Position numbers and translations under genes: made by a program. Under the pieces are notes generated by a model, which saw nothing but the letters and a program-made list of their open reading frames with translations, searched no databases and was not told the DNA's origin. A stretch of DNA of 64,000 nt from Tubulanus polymorphus. Its lineage: Eukaryota > Animalia > Nemertea. Location of the stretch: assembly GCF_964204645.1 (NCBI RefSeq), contig NC_134029.1, forward strand, positions 10,504,850 through 10,568,849, in the 5' to 3' direction. Every line of letters starts with the position of its first letter. Within the stretch, counting starts at the first letter, position 1. Below are positions 63,063-64,000 of the stretch, piece by piece.

Positions 63063-64000
63063 TTGAATAATTATGCCGCCCCTCCTAAAGGTCGGCATCG
63101 TGGCGGTGAGGGATGTGGACAGTTATTCGGTGCCTGGGATGACCACGTTTCGTGTGCGTCGTGTAGGCATAAATCTGGGCAAATCTGTTCTAGGAGTAAT
63201 CCTTGCAAGACTTGCGAGGTTTGGTCCGTGGATCTTTGGATTCGGGCCAATAAGGCTCGGAAGCTGAAATATCGTCATCGAGTTAATAGTAGGGATTCGT
63301 CGGTTTCAGCCAACGTGCCAACCGATGTTTCTAATTCTATTTCAAATCGTATAGCGGAGCGGTTGCCGATCGTACTTGCACAGTCGGCTTCCCAACTCCG
63401 TTCACCGGGGAGGAACGTTAGTTCTCCGGCACCGGTCTCCGGTCAGTCGCTGGTCGATCACAAGTTCAGCCGGTTCGTCCAGTTCAGGGTATATGTTCTG
63501 AACCGAGCGCGCTCCGCGGTAGTCGAGATACCGGCACAAGCTGGCCAGCACCGGTCTGGTCGGTACCGGTCCAGGTACTGGTCCGGTCCAGACGTCACCC
63601 GGTTCTAAACCTCCGGTTCGTACATCGTCTGATTCTGACGTTTCTAATCATAGTCATCGTATATTTCAAATCGTATAGCGGAGCGGTTGCCGATCGTACT
63701 TGCACAGTCGGCTTCCCAACTCCGTTCACCGGGGAGGAACGTTAGTTCTCCGGCACCGGTCTCCGGTCAGTCGCTGGTCGATCACAAGTTCAGCCGGTTC
63801 GTCCAGTTCAGGGTATATGTTCTGAACCGAGCGCGCTCCGCGGTAGTCGAGATACCGGCACAAGCTGGCCAGCACCGGTCTGGTCGGTACCGGTCCAGGT
63901 ACTGGTCCGGTCCAGACGTCACCCGGTTCTAAACCTCCGGTTCGTACATCGTCTGATTCTGACGTTTCTAATCATAGTCATCGTCGCTCCGGGGATAGAG
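63063..64000 (+). mobile_element. DIRS-like retrotransposon gag start; continues off window
   Basis: C....WDDHVSCASC...CSRSNPCKTC..W Cys/His cluster typical of DIRS1 gag N-termini, followed by S/R/P-rich sequence. Confidence 0.6.
63338..63985. repeat. 324-bp direct tandem duplication
   Basis: ttcaaatcgtatagcggag at 63341 and 63665; copies look identical. Confidence 0.95.

Overview
Animal (probably marine invertebrate) nuclear DNA, not prokaryotic. Eight phase-consistent GT-AG exons of a + strand AtuA/DUF1446-like gene span 2438-58540 and the gene runs off both ends. Its introns are packed with mostly decayed transposons: Bel/Pao pieces, RTE-X/CR1-like and L2 LINEs, a tRNA-derived SINE, THAP-DDE+YqaJ (ISL2EU-like), Harbinger, hAT, IS3EU-like and Zator-like DNA transposons, many Helentron-type (HINE/DINE) elements, MITEs and a DIRS-like start. 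The most notable signal is a chromodomain-bearing Gypsy with an F-type env extended by a second signal peptide + TM + ~120-aa domain. A divergent homologue of that module sits beside another LTR at 5-6.6 kb. A very AT-rich Polinton/large-DNA-virus-like fragment lies at 3.7-5.0 kb. All calls come from manual reading and translation; no searches were run.
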